Below are positions 10,049 to 21,416 of a stretch of 64,000 nt of DNA, piece after piece; the stretch's first letter is position 1; each line of letters starts with the position of its first letter. The notes under the pieces are model-generated. The model saw only the letters and a program-made list of their open reading frames with translations. It was not told where the DNA came from and did no database searches. The position numbers and the translations under genes are program-made. Source of the stretch: an uncultured Verrucomicrobiae bacterium (GTDB lineage: Bacteria > Verrucomicrobiota > Verrucomicrobiia > Limisphaerales > Palsa-1400); contig OY969763.1 in the NCBI GenBank assembly GCA_963702845.1, positions 1,760,001 to 1,824,000 of the forward strand, given 5' to 3'.

Positions 10049-13000
10049 CTAATTCGACGTAGCACGCAGCCGATAGAACTTCTGCTGCGAGACAATTGGA
10101 ATCGTCACAACGTTTGTCGCTCCTAACGTATTCTGAACACCGCCGACGTTCGTGCTGAACTGTGCGTCGATAGAATTGGCACATTCAAGCACAGCTCCCG
10201 GTATCGTCCATGAGAGAACGATCGAATCGTTTTGTTTGGAAATCGTAATTCCGCTGGATGAAACCGCCGCCGACTGGAACAACGGAGGAGGCGGAAGTGG
10301 CCCTGAAGGCAAAACCGGCATCGTCTGGATCACACTGATCACACCAACACCTGGCAAAATCGGAACACTTCCCGAAATGAATCCATAGTCACCACCGTCG
10401 AGCGGCGGAACTGTGACCTGTTGACTGACAACCGCACCGTAGCGATTGCGTACGATCAGATCGTATTTCTGTCGCGCTGCAATTTGTGAGTTAGCCGGCG
10501 TGCGGACGCGTAAAAACGGAGTGGTGGTAGTTTTGATGACTTTACCGTTTAGCCGCCATGAATATGACATCGGCGAACGGCCCGAGACCTGGATATTGAT
10601 AACCGAGTATTGAGGATCGTCATCGGACTGCGACTGCGGTTGGTTAAGAATTACAGGAGCATAGATCAACGCGAGAATATGGGAGCCCCCGGCTGCAATA
10701 CGAGCGACGTGGCGGAGGCCTGTTGGAACAGGAGTCGTTTTCAAGCCGGTATTTGGATTAACGTTATCGGCATCGCCCCAGGTAATGACGCGTCCATCAG
10801 ACGTTAATGCGACGCTGTGATTCCCACCAGCCGCGATAGCGACAATCTTCGCCAATCCAGCAGGAATAGTGGTCTGACCGACACTGTTGTCTCCCCACGC
10901 GAACACCGTTCCATTTCTTCGCAGGCCGAGACCATGTTTATCGCCCGCTGCTATTGCGATAACGTCGTTGAAATGCGGAGGCATCAACTGCCCTTTGTCA
11001 TTGTTACCCCAACCAGCGATCCTGCCCGATCGCATCAGAGCCAAACTGAACGCGTCCCCGGCAGCAACAGCCGCTGCTCCTTTGACATCCTGGGGAACAT
11101 CGGTCTCGCCAGAGTCATCGGAGCCCCACGCGCTAACCGTCCCATCACGATTGACCGCTACCAGATGGGTAGAGCCAACGCAAAAACTGCGCACGTCCGT
11201 AAGTATTGTCTGCTCGCTAAAGATCTCATCTGGATCCCAAATATTCAGCGAACCATTTTTCGAGAGAACCGCTGCAAAACCTGAGCCGATTCCGATCATG
11301 GTAACATCACTCAAGTCGTCTGGAACATACGCATCGGTCCCATCAGAATTATTCCAGACACGCACCGTCCCATCTCCGAGCAGAGCGATACTTCTGGAGA
11401 TGCCCGGTACTGATTGCTTTTACATCGTACAAATCTGCTGGCACGGCCATTTCACCGCCATTGGCATCGTCGGTTCCCCACCCGATTACGGCGCCCGGAT
11501 AGAGGATGCTGACCGGAGCCTGTGCCTGCCACGTATAACCGGAGTGATCATTAACTGCCGTCAGGCCGAAAGTACCGCTGTCGTATGTCGTCGTGTTTTT
11601 GATTTTCAGAACCGGGCTGGTTGATCCAACGATGTGCCCATCGTCGGTAAGCGGACTGTCATATTGTGACCACGTGTACGTAGTGGGAATTTCACCAGAC
11701 GTATTTAGTTTCAGACGAACTTCGCTGCCAGCAATCGCACGGACACCGTCCAATGCCGATTTGACGTGTAATATCGCAGAATCAATGGAGCCCCCGGAAT
11801 CGCCACCGACACTGACACTATACGTCCCGGCATCGCCGAAAGTCGCTGGTATGACTTTGAGGTCTGGACCGGTCGAAATCTCGTATCCACTAGGGTTACC
11901 CCATGAATAGCTTGTCGGCGGAACGCCGCGCGTGACAGTCTGGAACCGCGCGACTGAACCGTCGTAGACAGTCTGCTCGTGAGGAATGATTTCCACCAAA
12001 TTTGCCGGATCGGGCGTGAATTTGATGTCCGAAATCCATCCACAATCCATGCCCGCGAACGAGACTCCATCCTTCGCATACACCCATGAAACGGATTGTT
12101 GCCCGTTATAGATATGGAATGATGCGTATCGCCAGCCCGTCTCGCCCGAAATTTGAGCCATCAAAGTGCCATCGATAAAAAATTCCAGGAAGTCGAAGTT
12201 TGTTTCCGAAGAGACCTTCCACCAGAAGCTAACCATTCCAGGCCCGATGATGGAATTGTCTATCTCCGACGCACCATTATCCGGCGTCGGCATCGATTGC
12301 AGTGCCGATGACTTTCCATGTTTGATTCGATTCTGCAAAAACCATGGGGGAGCATCATAATAGTCAGACATACTCCATCCAAATCCGGGCTCACCGACGG
12401 CCGTCCCAAAATCCGTTTTCGCCGACAAAAACACAGGTATCGAATTGGTTGTTCCGAAAGGATCGGTGATACGGACGCCGTAAACCCCAATGAAATCGGA
12501 CGTCACATTCGAAAGTACCAGTGAAGCGTTGGTGGCATCGGACATATCCGAACCGTTGAAAGCCCATTGGTAAGAAGCTGGAGGAGCGGAGATCGCTTTG
12601 ACTGTGAACGTCACGGTCGCGGTCCCGTCCATATCCGCGTGCTGATCGTTTGGTTGTTCGATAATTTGTGGAGGTGAATAAGTTTTTGGCGTGAAATGGA
12701 CTGAGTCTATGAATGAGGATTCCGAATCACTAACCCATTGGACCATATGCGGGCCCGGGGTGAAGGCGATGGACGCCTGTTTCCATTCACCGCTACCGTC
12801 ATAATTGAAATAGGGCGTGATATACGTGACACCGCCATCGACAACGTAATCGGAAACCTCGATGTTACCCGCTGATTTCCACCAGAACGTCAGCAGTCCC
12901 GGGCCTACGACTGTCGTTTGCAAGGCTGATCCCAAATTGCCCTGCGCTGCGCTTCGGTGATCATGCGTCACATGGGATTCGCCAAACCATGGAACATCCG

Positions 13001-14483
13001 AGCCTGTCACCCAAACAAAATCCGGTTCATCAAGAGCGGTACGCAGCGAGATCGAAGACGGCACAACCGTCAGGTTTAGGCTCGAAAATACGGTGCCAAA
13101 AAGATTGCTGACCATCACTGAATACCCTCCTTGATCGGGAATGTTTGGCGAGATCGTCAATGTAGCATTGGTTCCAAGGTCGATCGGGTTGCCCAAGAAA
13201 AACCATTGATAGGCGAGGTTCGTTCCAGCCGCGGTGACGGAAAGCGAAACGGTATCACCCTGGGTCGCCGTTGTATCACCCGTGGCGCTCACGATCGTCG
13301 GCGGATCACCCGTCAGCGGCTCAACCGTCATTTGATCGATCCATACTGTGTCGGCTCCATAATAACCGCTGTTATATACCCAACTCACAGCATGGTCACC
13401 AGCCGGCACGAGAATCTCCTTCTGCGTCCAATCATAACTGCCGTCGCCGCCTGAATGGCTTTCAACTGTTGCGTTATCGAGAGTGGTAGTGAAGGATGAG
13501 TCGGCTATGGCTGAATACTTCGCCCAGAATTTGACCGACGCCGGCCCAGTGATCTGTGACGTTAAAACAGCGTCGTTGTAATAATTCCAACGCCCGGGAC
13601 TTTGAAGGGCATCTTCCCCGTCATGCGTTACCGCCGTTTGACGAAACCAATCGACGTCGCCGGATAGCGACCAATCAATATTCGTCGTATCGAGAGCTTC
13701 AGGAATTCCTGCAAGACTAGGCGTGAGCGTTGCCGTCCCCTGGGAACTGCCATAAAAATTCGTAACGGTGATTGTGTAGGTTCCCGCATTTCTACGGCTC
13801 ACCGGGTTGAAGACGAGATCCGGGCTATTTCCACCGACGGAAGAGTCAAAACTCGACCCGGGATAGCGCACCGTCCAACTGTAATGGAGCGGTCCATCGC
13901 CTGTGGCTGTGGCATGAAATGTTAAGGGCAGCCCCACTTCGCTTGTTGAAGCATCGGGCGAAACGGTTACTTGCGGCGCATCACCCACAAGCGGAGTTAC
14001 ACTGACGTCATCGACGATCGATAGCAGTTGGAACCCCAAGCCATAATTATTTATGGCGTTCCAGGATAAAGTATGACTGCCGTATGGCAGGTCTACATAA
14101 TTGCTCACCCAAACACTGTTCTGGGCCGTCAGCACAAGGCGTTGGTCGATGGTTAAGTTGAGGAAGGCTGTCGTCGGAGTGACCGTGTCAAACAACCACC
14201 AAAAACCGACGCGCGCCGGTCCGGTGACTGTCGTCCTCAACCATGTGGAATCGTTGCGTGAGCCGTCAAGGATGACCATCGCCGCGTCGACACCATCGTG
14301 AGAAAAGTCGGTTTGGGCATACCACGGGTGAAACGGTGAAGTCGTGACCGGCAACGCGCAATCGAGCGCTGCCGAAATATCAGGATAAAGTTTCTGCCCG
14401 AGTGACGGTCGCGGCAGAAAGAGAATAAAGCACGCTACTAAGAGAGACGACGCGGCGGTCGCCTGTTTGAGAATCGTTTTCAA
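10049..14483 (-). CDS. Large secreted multidomain surface protein: four repeated beta-sandwich modules alternating with Ig-like domains, RCC1-like repeats and a C-terminal 'FYRL' domain; single frameshift near 11403
   Basis: Repeats of W(F/Y)xQxxxxHDGxxA...TGPxxVxFWW; Ig motifs (LxYQW, DxGxYxVxVxN); RCC1 repeats (AIAAGxxHxxAL...GTVxAWG). Removing one base in ACC-GGG-C-ATC joins ORF 11349-14717 to ORF 10049-11365 (KAISTGISRSIALLGDGTVRVW). Start (TTG 14483, signal peptide) uncertain. Confidence 0.8.
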
Positions 14484-14867
14484 GTTGTTTGTGCCCGAAT
14501 TTGGTTGTTGGCGTATAGAATTCGATATTACCGTAACGCGGTCAAGCAAATGCAAGTCAACCCCTTGCAATAGAATGAGAACGCCGCCCACCAACGCTAT
14601 CTGTGTTGACTCAGTAGCTACTTTATTATATTCTACAACCGTTGCTGAATACGCAGCCCTGGACCGAGGCGTTCGTTGGCCGTGCCCAAAACCTTTGCGC
14701 GGGACGCTCTTTGACAAAATGCAGCGAATTGGCCGCCGGAAAACCGCCGCCTACCGTGGAATTCCGGCCAGTACCCGCTTTTTACCACCAGAACAAAAAG
14801 ATGTTAAAGGTTGCGAGGCGGACCGCTTGCCACGTTGGTTCGGCATCACTTTGACAAACCCTTGCGA

Positions 14868-15070
14868 ATCAAGGTTCCTAAAGGTTTATCAAGGTTCTTA
14901 AAGCTTAATTTTTTTTTGAGCCTTGTTTTGGAAGGCGCTCAAAAAGCTAAGGCGGCAGGAGAAACTTAGGAGAAACAATTAACGTTAAAGAGTTTCTCAT
15001 TTGTTTCTCCTAACCTTCTCCATGTTTCTCATTTGAGAAGGAATGAGAAGCAATGTGCCACAATGAGCCA
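14868..15070. repeat. Cluster of helically phased (10-11 bp period) short direct-repeat arrays in the divergent intergenic region
   Basis: AAGGTT at 14871/14881/14891 and AAGCTT at 14901; AGGAGAAAC at 14957/14968; TTCTC at 14994/15005/15016/15026; TGAGAAG/TGAGAAG/TGTGCCA/TGAGCCA at 15034/15044/15054/15064. Confidence 0.8.
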
Positions 15071-15173
15071 CTTTTTCGAAAAATCGGTTTGGTGTCATTT
15101 TCGGATCGCCAACGTGGGACTGACGCAGCGTCTTTTTTGTGTTCTTCGCAACTTTTGCGGTTAAATTCCCGCC

Positions 15174-16529
15174 ATGAACGTTCGTGTTCGATTTGCTCCG
15201 AGCCCCACCGGCTATTTGCACATAGGCGGTGCGCGCACGGCTTTATTTAACTGGCTTTACGCTCGCCACGTCGGTGGCACGTTTGTGTTGCGCGTGGAAG
15301 ACACCGACACCGCTCGCAACACCCAGGAAGCGACCGACGTCATCCTGCACGGCTTGCGCTGGCTTGGTTTGGACTGGGACGAAGGTCCCGAAACGCCGAA
15401 CCCGAAAGGCCCGAGCAAAGGCGATTACGGTCCATATTTTCAATCACAGCGCAACGACATCTATCGCAAACGCATCCAGGAACTGCGTGACAAAGGCATG
15501 GCTTACGAAAAGGACGGCGCGATCAAGTTCAAGATGGACCTTAATCCGATTATCATTCCTGACCTGGTGATTGGCGATGTGCGCCGTGAGCCAACCGACC
15601 GCGAAGCTGTCGATCCCGATTTCGTCATTGTGCGCTCAGACGGCCAGCCCGTGTTCCATTTCGTCAACGTCGTCGACGACATCGAAATGAAAATCACTCA
15701 CGTCATCCGCGGTGAAGACCACGTGAGCAACACCGCCAAACACATCGCGCTCTTTCGCGCCTTCGGTGTTGAGATTCCAAAATACGCACACATCCCGCTC
15801 ATCCTGAATCCTGATGGCTCCAAGATGAGCAAACGCGATCGCGGCGCATCGTTGCAGACTTACGTCGATGAAGGATTTGATCCAAAAGCTGTCGTAAATT
15901 ACCTGTCGCTACTTGGTTGGTCGCCGAAAGAAAACCGCGAAAAAATGCCGGTTGAAGAAATCGTCCAGCGCTTCGACTTGCCGCAAATCCTGCGTCACAA
16001 CGCGCGCTTTGACATGACAAAACTCCAGTGGCTCGACGGTGAGTATCTGCGCGAGTTGCCGGACGACAAGTTTCGGGAATTGGCCATCGACGCATTTCGC
16101 CGCGCTGGAGTCAATTTGGACAAATATCCATCCGACTACGTAAACGCCGCGATCGCGACCTGTAAGGGCAAGGTAAAACGTTTCAGTGAGTTGCCTGCTT
16201 ACGCCGGATTTTATTTTGCCGATGACGTGAAAATCGATCCAACGGTCGCGGCAAACGATTTTACACCCGACAACCTGGCGCGCCTAAAAAAGTTTCGCGA
16301 CGCGCTCGAAGCATTGCCCGAGTTCAACGCCACCACCATCGAGCAAACAATCAAAGCAACCGCAAAAGAGTTGGGCGTGAAAGTCGGCCAATTAATCCAC
16401 CCGACGCGTATGGCCTGCACCGGCAGCACTGCCGGCCCGAGTCTCTATCATCTGATGGAGATAATTGGAAAATCGACGGTGATTAAACGGTTGGACTCAG
16501 TTTTAGGTGGGGTCGTTGTATCGGGTTAA
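15174..16529 (+). CDS. gltX: Glutamate--tRNA ligase
   Basis: RFAPSPTGYLHIGGARTALFN, RVEDTD, IRGEDH, KMSKR; short form lacking the Cys zinc-binding insert. Confidence 0.96.
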   Translation: MNVRVRFAPSPTGYLHIGGARTALFNWLYARHVGGTFVLRVEDTDTARNTQEATDVILHGLRWLGLDWDEGPETPNPKGPSKGDYGPYFQSQRNDIYRKRIQELRDKGMAYEKDGAIKFKMDLNPIIIPDLVIGDVRREPTDREAVDPDFVIVRSDGQPVFHFVNVVDDIEMKITHVIRGEDHVSNTAKHIALFRAFGVEIPKYAHIPLILNPDGSKMSKRDRGASLQTYVDEGFDPKAVVNYLSLLGWSPKENREKMPVEEIVQRFDLPQILRHNARFDMTKLQWLDGEYLRELPDDKFRELAIDAFRRAGVNLDKYPSDYVNAAIATCKGKVKRFSELPAYAGFYFADDVKIDPTVAANDFTPDNLARLKKFRDALEALPEFNATTIEQTIKATAKELGVKVGQLIHPTRMACTGSTAGPSLYHLMEIIGKSTVIKRLDSVLGGVVVSG

Positions 16530-16613
16530 AACGGTCAGAGCCCAAGTTGCTTGCAACACCAAACCCAAGCATGTTGAATGTAGTGGATTGCGTCTCGTCT
16601 AAATAAAGGACAT

Positions 16614-17003
16614 ATGAAATTGATTGTTGCAAGGGCATTGCTGGTGGTCGCTGTCGCCGCCGGTGTTATTGGCTGTGGAACGCCCTACACCTACTCACCG
16701 TACGTTGGACAACAAAAAAATTGGACGACCAGCCCCGGCGGTTACGTCCGCAATGTTCAAGGCGTGCCATTCTACGCTCCCGGCCAATATCCAAACCGCC
16801 CCTACATGATCCTCGGCGCCGTCAGCACCGACAGTGAGGACAATATGGCTCGCGCCGCGCACGAACAACATGCCGATGCCGTCCTCGTTTCACACGACCA
16901 GATTTATCCCACCGGCTCAGTCGCGATGGCTGGAGCTGGAGTGGTTTGGTCCGAGCCGCTGACCGGCCGCGCCATCACGGCTAATTTGATTCGATTCCAA
17001 TAA
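16614..17003 (+). CDS. Hypothetical lipoprotein
   Basis: Lipobox-like VAAGVIGC after a hydrophobic signal; SD-like AAGGA upstream. Confidence 0.7.
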   Translation: MKLIVARALLVVAVAAGVIGCGTPYTYSPYVGQQKNWTTSPGGYVRNVQGVPFYAPGQYPNRPYMILGAVSTDSEDNMARAAHEQHADAVLVSHDQIYPTGSVAMAGAGVVWSEPLTGRAITANLIRFQ

Positions 17004-17073
17004 AAATCCGCGTCAGCAGGGCATTTTCATTGAACATAAAACGGACTTTGTGAGTCTGTTCTATGCCAAGATT

Positions 17074-18294
17074 ATGTCTAATTCTCTACTGCAAACCGCT
17101 GCCAAATTTAACACGCGAATTGTTAAAATTGCCGCTGCCCTAATTCTGTGTTTTAGCCTGTGTTCTGCTAAAGCGGATCAAGCCACGCTCTCCCCGGGCG
17201 TGCAACAAGTTCTCAAATTGTCCCAGGCACACATGACCGACGACGTCATCACGTCGTACATCCGCAATTCAAACGATAGTTACAAATTGAGCGCCGACGA
17301 CGTTCTTTACCTGAGCGGGCAGGGCGTATCTCAACCGGTCATTTCAGCGCTGTTGCAGAAGAGCAGCACTGCAACTGCCACCACCGCGCCAGCACCCGCT
17401 CAACCACAAGTCGCTCCAGCGCCAATCTCAGCACCCCCTGTGACCGCGCCAACATTCGCTCCGGCGCAAATCGCGTCACAGCCACAAGTGCTCCCACCTG
17501 GAGGACTGCCACCAATGTCCGCTCAAGTCGCCGTTGCTCCCGAGACGCCGCCACCCGGTTCATCGATGGACCTGAATTACTTCCAGGCTCAACTCGCACC
17601 TTACGGTCGATGGGTTGATATGGCGCCGTATGGACTGTGCTGGGTTCCATCCATTCAGAACGGCGATCCAGATTGGCGCCCCTACTTTAACGGCGGTCAC
17701 TGGGATTACACCGACGCCGGCTGGAATTGGTCATCTGACTATCCATGGGGCGAGTATGTTTTCCATTATGGTCGCTGGGCACGCACAGCCTCAAATGGAT
17801 GGGTTTGGATTCCCGGTTATCAATGGGGGCCGGCCTGGGTTTGTTGGCGTAACGCTGAGGCTGAAGGGTATTGCGGTTGGGCACCGTTGCCGCCCGGTGC
17901 GCGTTTCGTGCCCGGCATGGGACTCATGTGGGATGGTCGCGTCGCAACTGACGTGGACTTTGGCCTCGCTCCCGATGCGTTCGTCTTCGTTCCATTCGAT
18001 CACTTCTGGGTCCATGACTACGTGCCGTGGGGCGCGCCGTATCATCGCGTGCCAATCCTTTTCCGCAGCAGCGTCGTCATTAACGGCTATGGCTTTGTCG
18101 GTGGACGCTTCTTCGTTGGCGGGCTCGGCCGCGATCGGATCGTATTGCGAACGCATCACGAAGTTGCGATTGTAACAATTGGATTCCACGATTCGCGCAT
18201 CGAACACGAACACCGGGTCGTCGAACACGAACGCGTGATTCAACGTGACCGCGCCTACGATCGCCACGATCGTCATGACCGCTTCTTCCGTTAA
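17074..18294 (+). CDS. Secreted DUF6600-type (Trp/Gly/Tyr-rich) protein with N-terminal helical module and Pro-rich linker
   Basis: LAPYGRWV...WRPYFNGGHW...SDYPWG...FHYGRW...WGPAWVCWR...GWAPLPP; paralog of 55252-57282. Confidence 0.8.
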   Translation: MSNSLLQTAAKFNTRIVKIAAALILCFSLCSAKADQATLSPGVQQVLKLSQAHMTDDVITSYIRNSNDSYKLSADDVLYLSGQGVSQPVISALLQKSSTATATTAPAPAQPQVAPAPISAPPVTAPTFAPAQIASQPQVLPPGGLPPMSAQVAVAPETPPPGSSMDLNYFQAQLAPYGRWVDMAPYGLCWVPSIQNGDPDWRPYFNGGHWDYTDAGWNWSSDYPWGEYVFHYGRWARTASNGWVWIPGYQWGPAWVCWRNAEAEGYCGWAPLPPGARFVPGMGLMWDGRVATDVDFGLAPDAFVFVPFDHFWVHDYVPWGAPYHRVPILFRSSVVINGYGFVGGRFFVGGLGRDRIVLRTHHEVAIVTIGFHDSRIEHEHRVVEHERVIQRDRAYDRHDRHDRFFR

Positions 18295-18390
18295 ACGACA
18301 GAGCATTGGACGACGCTAACAAAGGCAAAACGCAAATTGGATTCTTGCGTTCGCGTATTTGCCTGTGATATTTGTGAGCAGCAACGTGAA

Positions 18391-18475
18391 GCCCACGTGG
18401 CGGAATTGGCAGACGCGCTAGATTCAGGTTCTAGTGAGTAACATCGTACAGGTTCAAGTCCTGTCGTGGGCACCA
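18391..18475 (+). tRNA. tRNA-Leu (anticodon CAG)
   Basis: GCCCACG acceptor stem/CGTGGGC-A-CCA, D-arm GGCGGAATTGGCAGACGC, anticodon arm CTAGA-TTCAGGT-TCTAG, long variable arm, T-loop GGTTCAAGTCC. Confidence 0.97.
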
Positions 18476-18482
18476 CTTCGAC

Positions 18483-19019
18483 TCACCAGTCCACATTCAC
18501 GCTCATCTTCTTCCCGAAACGATTGGTGTAAAATAATTGCTTCTGGGTTTTGCCGTATTCGTGCACGAGCTTGGTGATCTTCACGTCGTAGCAGCAATAC
18601 TCCGCGATGTCCAAAAGCTTGCCTTCCTTGTACCAATAAATCGCCTGCATGCCTTCGCTGGTCTTTTCAACGCCTAGCGTGGCGTTGGCAATCGAATCCA
18701 AGGACAGTCGATGCTGTAACGTCTTCTGCAAATCCAACATCAGGTCGAGGCTAGGAACTTGTTCGAAATCGAAGAACGGGTTGTGACCTTGCAACACCGC
18801 GAAATCGAAGCGTTCGCTGTTGAACCCAACGACCAGGTCGGCGCGGCGGAGCTCTTCGATCAAGTCATTGACCTGACCCTCACCGTAAATTTTGTAATCA
18901 CCACGAGCGGTGCTGTAGGTCACGCCGATGCTCATTCGCATGTCGCGAATTTTGTCCCATCCGCCGACTTCCGCGGCCGATTTTTGAGTTTCGATGTCGA
19001 AGTAAACGATGTTTGTCAC
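18483..19019 (-). CDS. RNase H-like (DEDD, YprB/RNase_H_2-type) domain protein
   Basis: VYFDIET, VVGFNSERFD, SLDSIA, YCCYDV acidic motifs. Confidence 0.8.
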   Translation of the reverse strand: MTNIVYFDIETQKSAAEVGGWDKIRDMRMSIGVTYSTARGDYKIYGEGQVNDLIEELRRADLVVGFNSERFDFAVLQGHNPFFDFEQVPSLDLMLDLQKTLQHRLSLDSIANATLGVEKTSEGMQAIYWYKEGKLLDIAEYCCYDVKITKLVHEYGKTQKQLFYTNRFGKKMSVNVDW

Positions 19020-19050
19020 AGGAAGCTATTGGTTGCTGGGCGTTTTTAAC

Positions 19051-19131
19051 ACAGAGCAGCGCGCGTGAGCAAGCGGTTTGCAATGGTGGACGTCAAAAAT
19101 ATAAACCGCTTACTCACGCGCGCGGCTCTGT
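19051..19131. repeat. REP-like palindromic element (family A, copy 1)
   Basis: Arms ACAGAGCAGCGCGCGTGAGCAAGCGGTTT / AAACCGCTTACTCACGCGCGCGGCTCTGT (27/29 complementary); second copy at 54011-54108. Confidence 0.8.
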
Positions 19132-21353
19132 TAGCTCAATTTCTCGATGCGCGCCTGGGCGTTGTAGTCGGGCACGCCGCCGACGGCATCGTAGTTGCCG
19201 CGTCGGATAATGACGTTTCCCTCGGGCCAATGGACTTGCAGATTTCCGCGCGCGATCGGGGCGATGAACACGCGTCCTTCCAGGCGACCAAGCGTGTTCA
19301 CCAAAGCGATTCGGTCGTTCTGTCGAAGCTTCAATTGTTCGGCATCTTCAGGGCTGATGAAGATGGCATCGCGTTGAGCGCCAGTAATGGAACATGTCTC
19401 GTGGTAAATGAGCGTGTTGAATTGTTTGCCGCGACGCGTGCTGATCTCGAAAACACCTGCCGGTTTGGAAATGTTCGGGAGCGAGACGGCTTTGAAATGA
19501 GCTTTGCCGTCGAGCGTGGCAAATCTCCAATCGGCACACAAATGCGCTCCGCCGTATTGAATGGCATCGCCGGTTTTGCGCAGGTTTTGAATGCCGTCGT
19601 AAAATGGAACGACACGCGCAATTTCATCACGCATCTTCCAGCCGGTCTCGCATTTTAACAGATGCGCTTTCTCTGGATACACGGCTGCGGCGAGTTCGCG
19701 TAAAATCTTCCATTCAGCTTTCGCTTCGCCAAGTTGGCGTGGGATTTCGGGACTGAACGCGACGCGACGTTCGGTCGTTGTTTCGATGCCGCCATCGTCT
19801 TGTTCGTAACGCGTTTTGGCGGGCAGCAGAAGAACGTCTTCTTTCGCATCAATCAGCATCTGGTCGCAAAGGATGATGTCTTGATGGACGCGCATTGAAA
19901 CATTCGCCAGGGCGCGTGTGACGTAATTCGGATCGGGCAATGTGCGAAGGAAATTGCCGCCTACAGAGTAGAGCAGGTCCAGGTCCCCGTTGGCACACGC
20001 ATCGACCATCTCGGGGCTCGTCATTCCCTGCCAGTCGGGAACTTCGAATCCGTATTCCTTCGACAGGATGACTGCGTTTTGTGCGTTGATCGGTTTGCCG
20101 CCAGGAAACACGGTCGAGTAGGCACCCATTTCCGCGCCGCCTTGAACACTCGAGTGACCGCGGATCGGCATCAGTCCGCATTTGTCGCGACCGACGTAGC
20201 CTTTGAGCAGTCCAAGATTCAATACAGCCGAAACCGCATCGCCGCCATACGAGTGCTGGGTAATGCCCATGCTCCAGACCAGCACAGCGTTTTTCGCGTC
20301 GCGAATAAGCTCCGCAAATTCCTGCATCGAACTGCGCGGTAGTCCGGAATCACGTTCCAATATTGGCCATTCGATTTTTTGCGCGGCGGCTTTGAATGAC
20401 TCGAATTCAGCGGCATGGTTCTCGATAAAGTTTTTATCTTCCCATCCATTTTCCAAAATAATTTTCGCAACGCCGGTCAAGAACGCGATGTCGCCGCCTT
20501 GGGAAACGGGGAACCAATAATCCATGATGTCGGTTCCGAAAACTGCGCTCTTCGCCGTCGATGGCACCCAATAACGTTCCAGCCCGGGTTCGCGGTATGG
20601 ATTGACGACGACGACTTTCGTGCCGAGCAGTTTTGCTTCGTGCAGATATTTCGTCGTGACCGGTTGATCGTTCGCCGGGTTTGCGCCGAAGAAGATGATC
20701 AGATCCGTTCCGTACCAATCTTTGTAACTGCACGTTGTCGCCGCGACGCCGACGGCGTGCTTCATCGCACCGGTCGAGGGCGAATGACAGAGGCGCGCGG
20801 CGTTATCGACGTTATTCGTTCCAAGAAACCGCGCGGCCTTTTGAGCCATGTAATAAACTTCGTTTGTAACACCGCGCGATGTCACAAAGAACGCGAATCG
20901 TTTTGGATTACTCGAACGAATGCGCGCCGCGATGCGCGAGTAAGCGTCGTCCCATGAAATGCGCCGAAACCCTTTGTCGCCGCGCTGGCGAAGCATCGGG
21001 TAGGGGAGACGACCAAGTTCGCGCAACTGCGCATTGTCCTTCGAACGCAACTTGGACACGTCTTCCAGCAAAGACACATCCATCGCGGGCATCGTGTTCA
21101 GACGAAGCAGATTCAGCCGCGTCATGCACAGGTGAACGCCGTCGATCGTCCAATCGTGCAAGCCCGCAACGCCGAGCGCACAGCCATCGCACACGCCCTT
21201 CGTAATGACGTTCCACGCGTAACCGAGATTGTCGCGGTTTTGCCAAACGATGTTGGCCATGTCGCGAAAGTGCTTCGGCTTCGTTTGGCCAATGCCGAAC
21301 GGAACGAGCGCCTTCAACTTGTCGCGCCAGGTTTTATGTAAACGATGACTCAT
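19131..21353 (-). CDS. FdhF/YdeP-family molybdopterin oxidoreductase
   Basis: GVCDGCALG, HLCMTRL, NNVDNAARLCHSPS, PIRGHSSVQG, STRRGKQFN. Confidence 0.9.
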   Translation of the reverse strand: MSHRLHKTWRDKLKALVPFGIGQTKPKHFRDMANIVWQNRDNLGYAWNVITKGVCDGCALGVAGLHDWTIDGVHLCMTRLNLLRLNTMPAMDVSLLEDVSKLRSKDNAQLRELGRLPYPMLRQRGDKGFRRISWDDAYSRIAARIRSSNPKRFAFFVTSRGVTNEVYYMAQKAARFLGTNNVDNAARLCHSPSTGAMKHAVGVAATTCSYKDWYGTDLIIFFGANPANDQPVTTKYLHEAKLLGTKVVVVNPYREPGLERYWVPSTAKSAVFGTDIMDYWFPVSQGGDIAFLTGVAKIILENGWEDKNFIENHAAEFESFKAAAQKIEWPILERDSGLPRSSMQEFAELIRDAKNAVLVWSMGITQHSYGGDAVSAVLNLGLLKGYVGRDKCGLMPIRGHSSVQGGAEMGAYSTVFPGGKPINAQNAVILSKEYGFEVPDWQGMTSPEMVDACANGDLDLLYSVGGNFLRTLPDPNYVTRALANVSMRVHQDIILCDQMLIDAKEDVLLLPAKTRYEQDDGGIETTTERRVAFSPEIPRQLGEAKAEWKILRELAAAVYPEKAHLLKCETGWKMRDEIARVVPFYDGIQNLRKTGDAIQYGGAHLCADWRFATLDGKAHFKAVSLPNISKPAGVFEISTRRGKQFNTLIYHETCSITGAQRDAIFISPEDAEQLKLRQNDRIALVNTLGRLEGRVFIAPIARGNLQVHWPEGNVIIRRGNYDAVGGVPDYNAQARIEKLS

Positions 21354-21416
21354 GGACGTTGCGCTCTAGCTCAACTTCCTAAAACCGTTGCGCGTCTTTG
21401 CGTCCTTTGCGTTGAA

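Noticed and set aside
14640..14730. Possible c-di-GMP-I riboswitch upstream of the giant surface protein (GCGCAAAG on the minus strand)
   Set aside because: The GGCAAA...GAAA P2 stem pattern is missing
18391..18483. tRNA-Leu as an integration site for an island
   Set aside because: No integrase nearby, no duplicated tRNA 3' end noticed, and the flanking genes look chromosomal
19131..21353. Selenocysteine formate dehydrogenase
   Set aside because: The ORF is uninterrupted, with Cys in ARLCHS and no in-frame TGA; it matches the FdhF/YdeP subfamily
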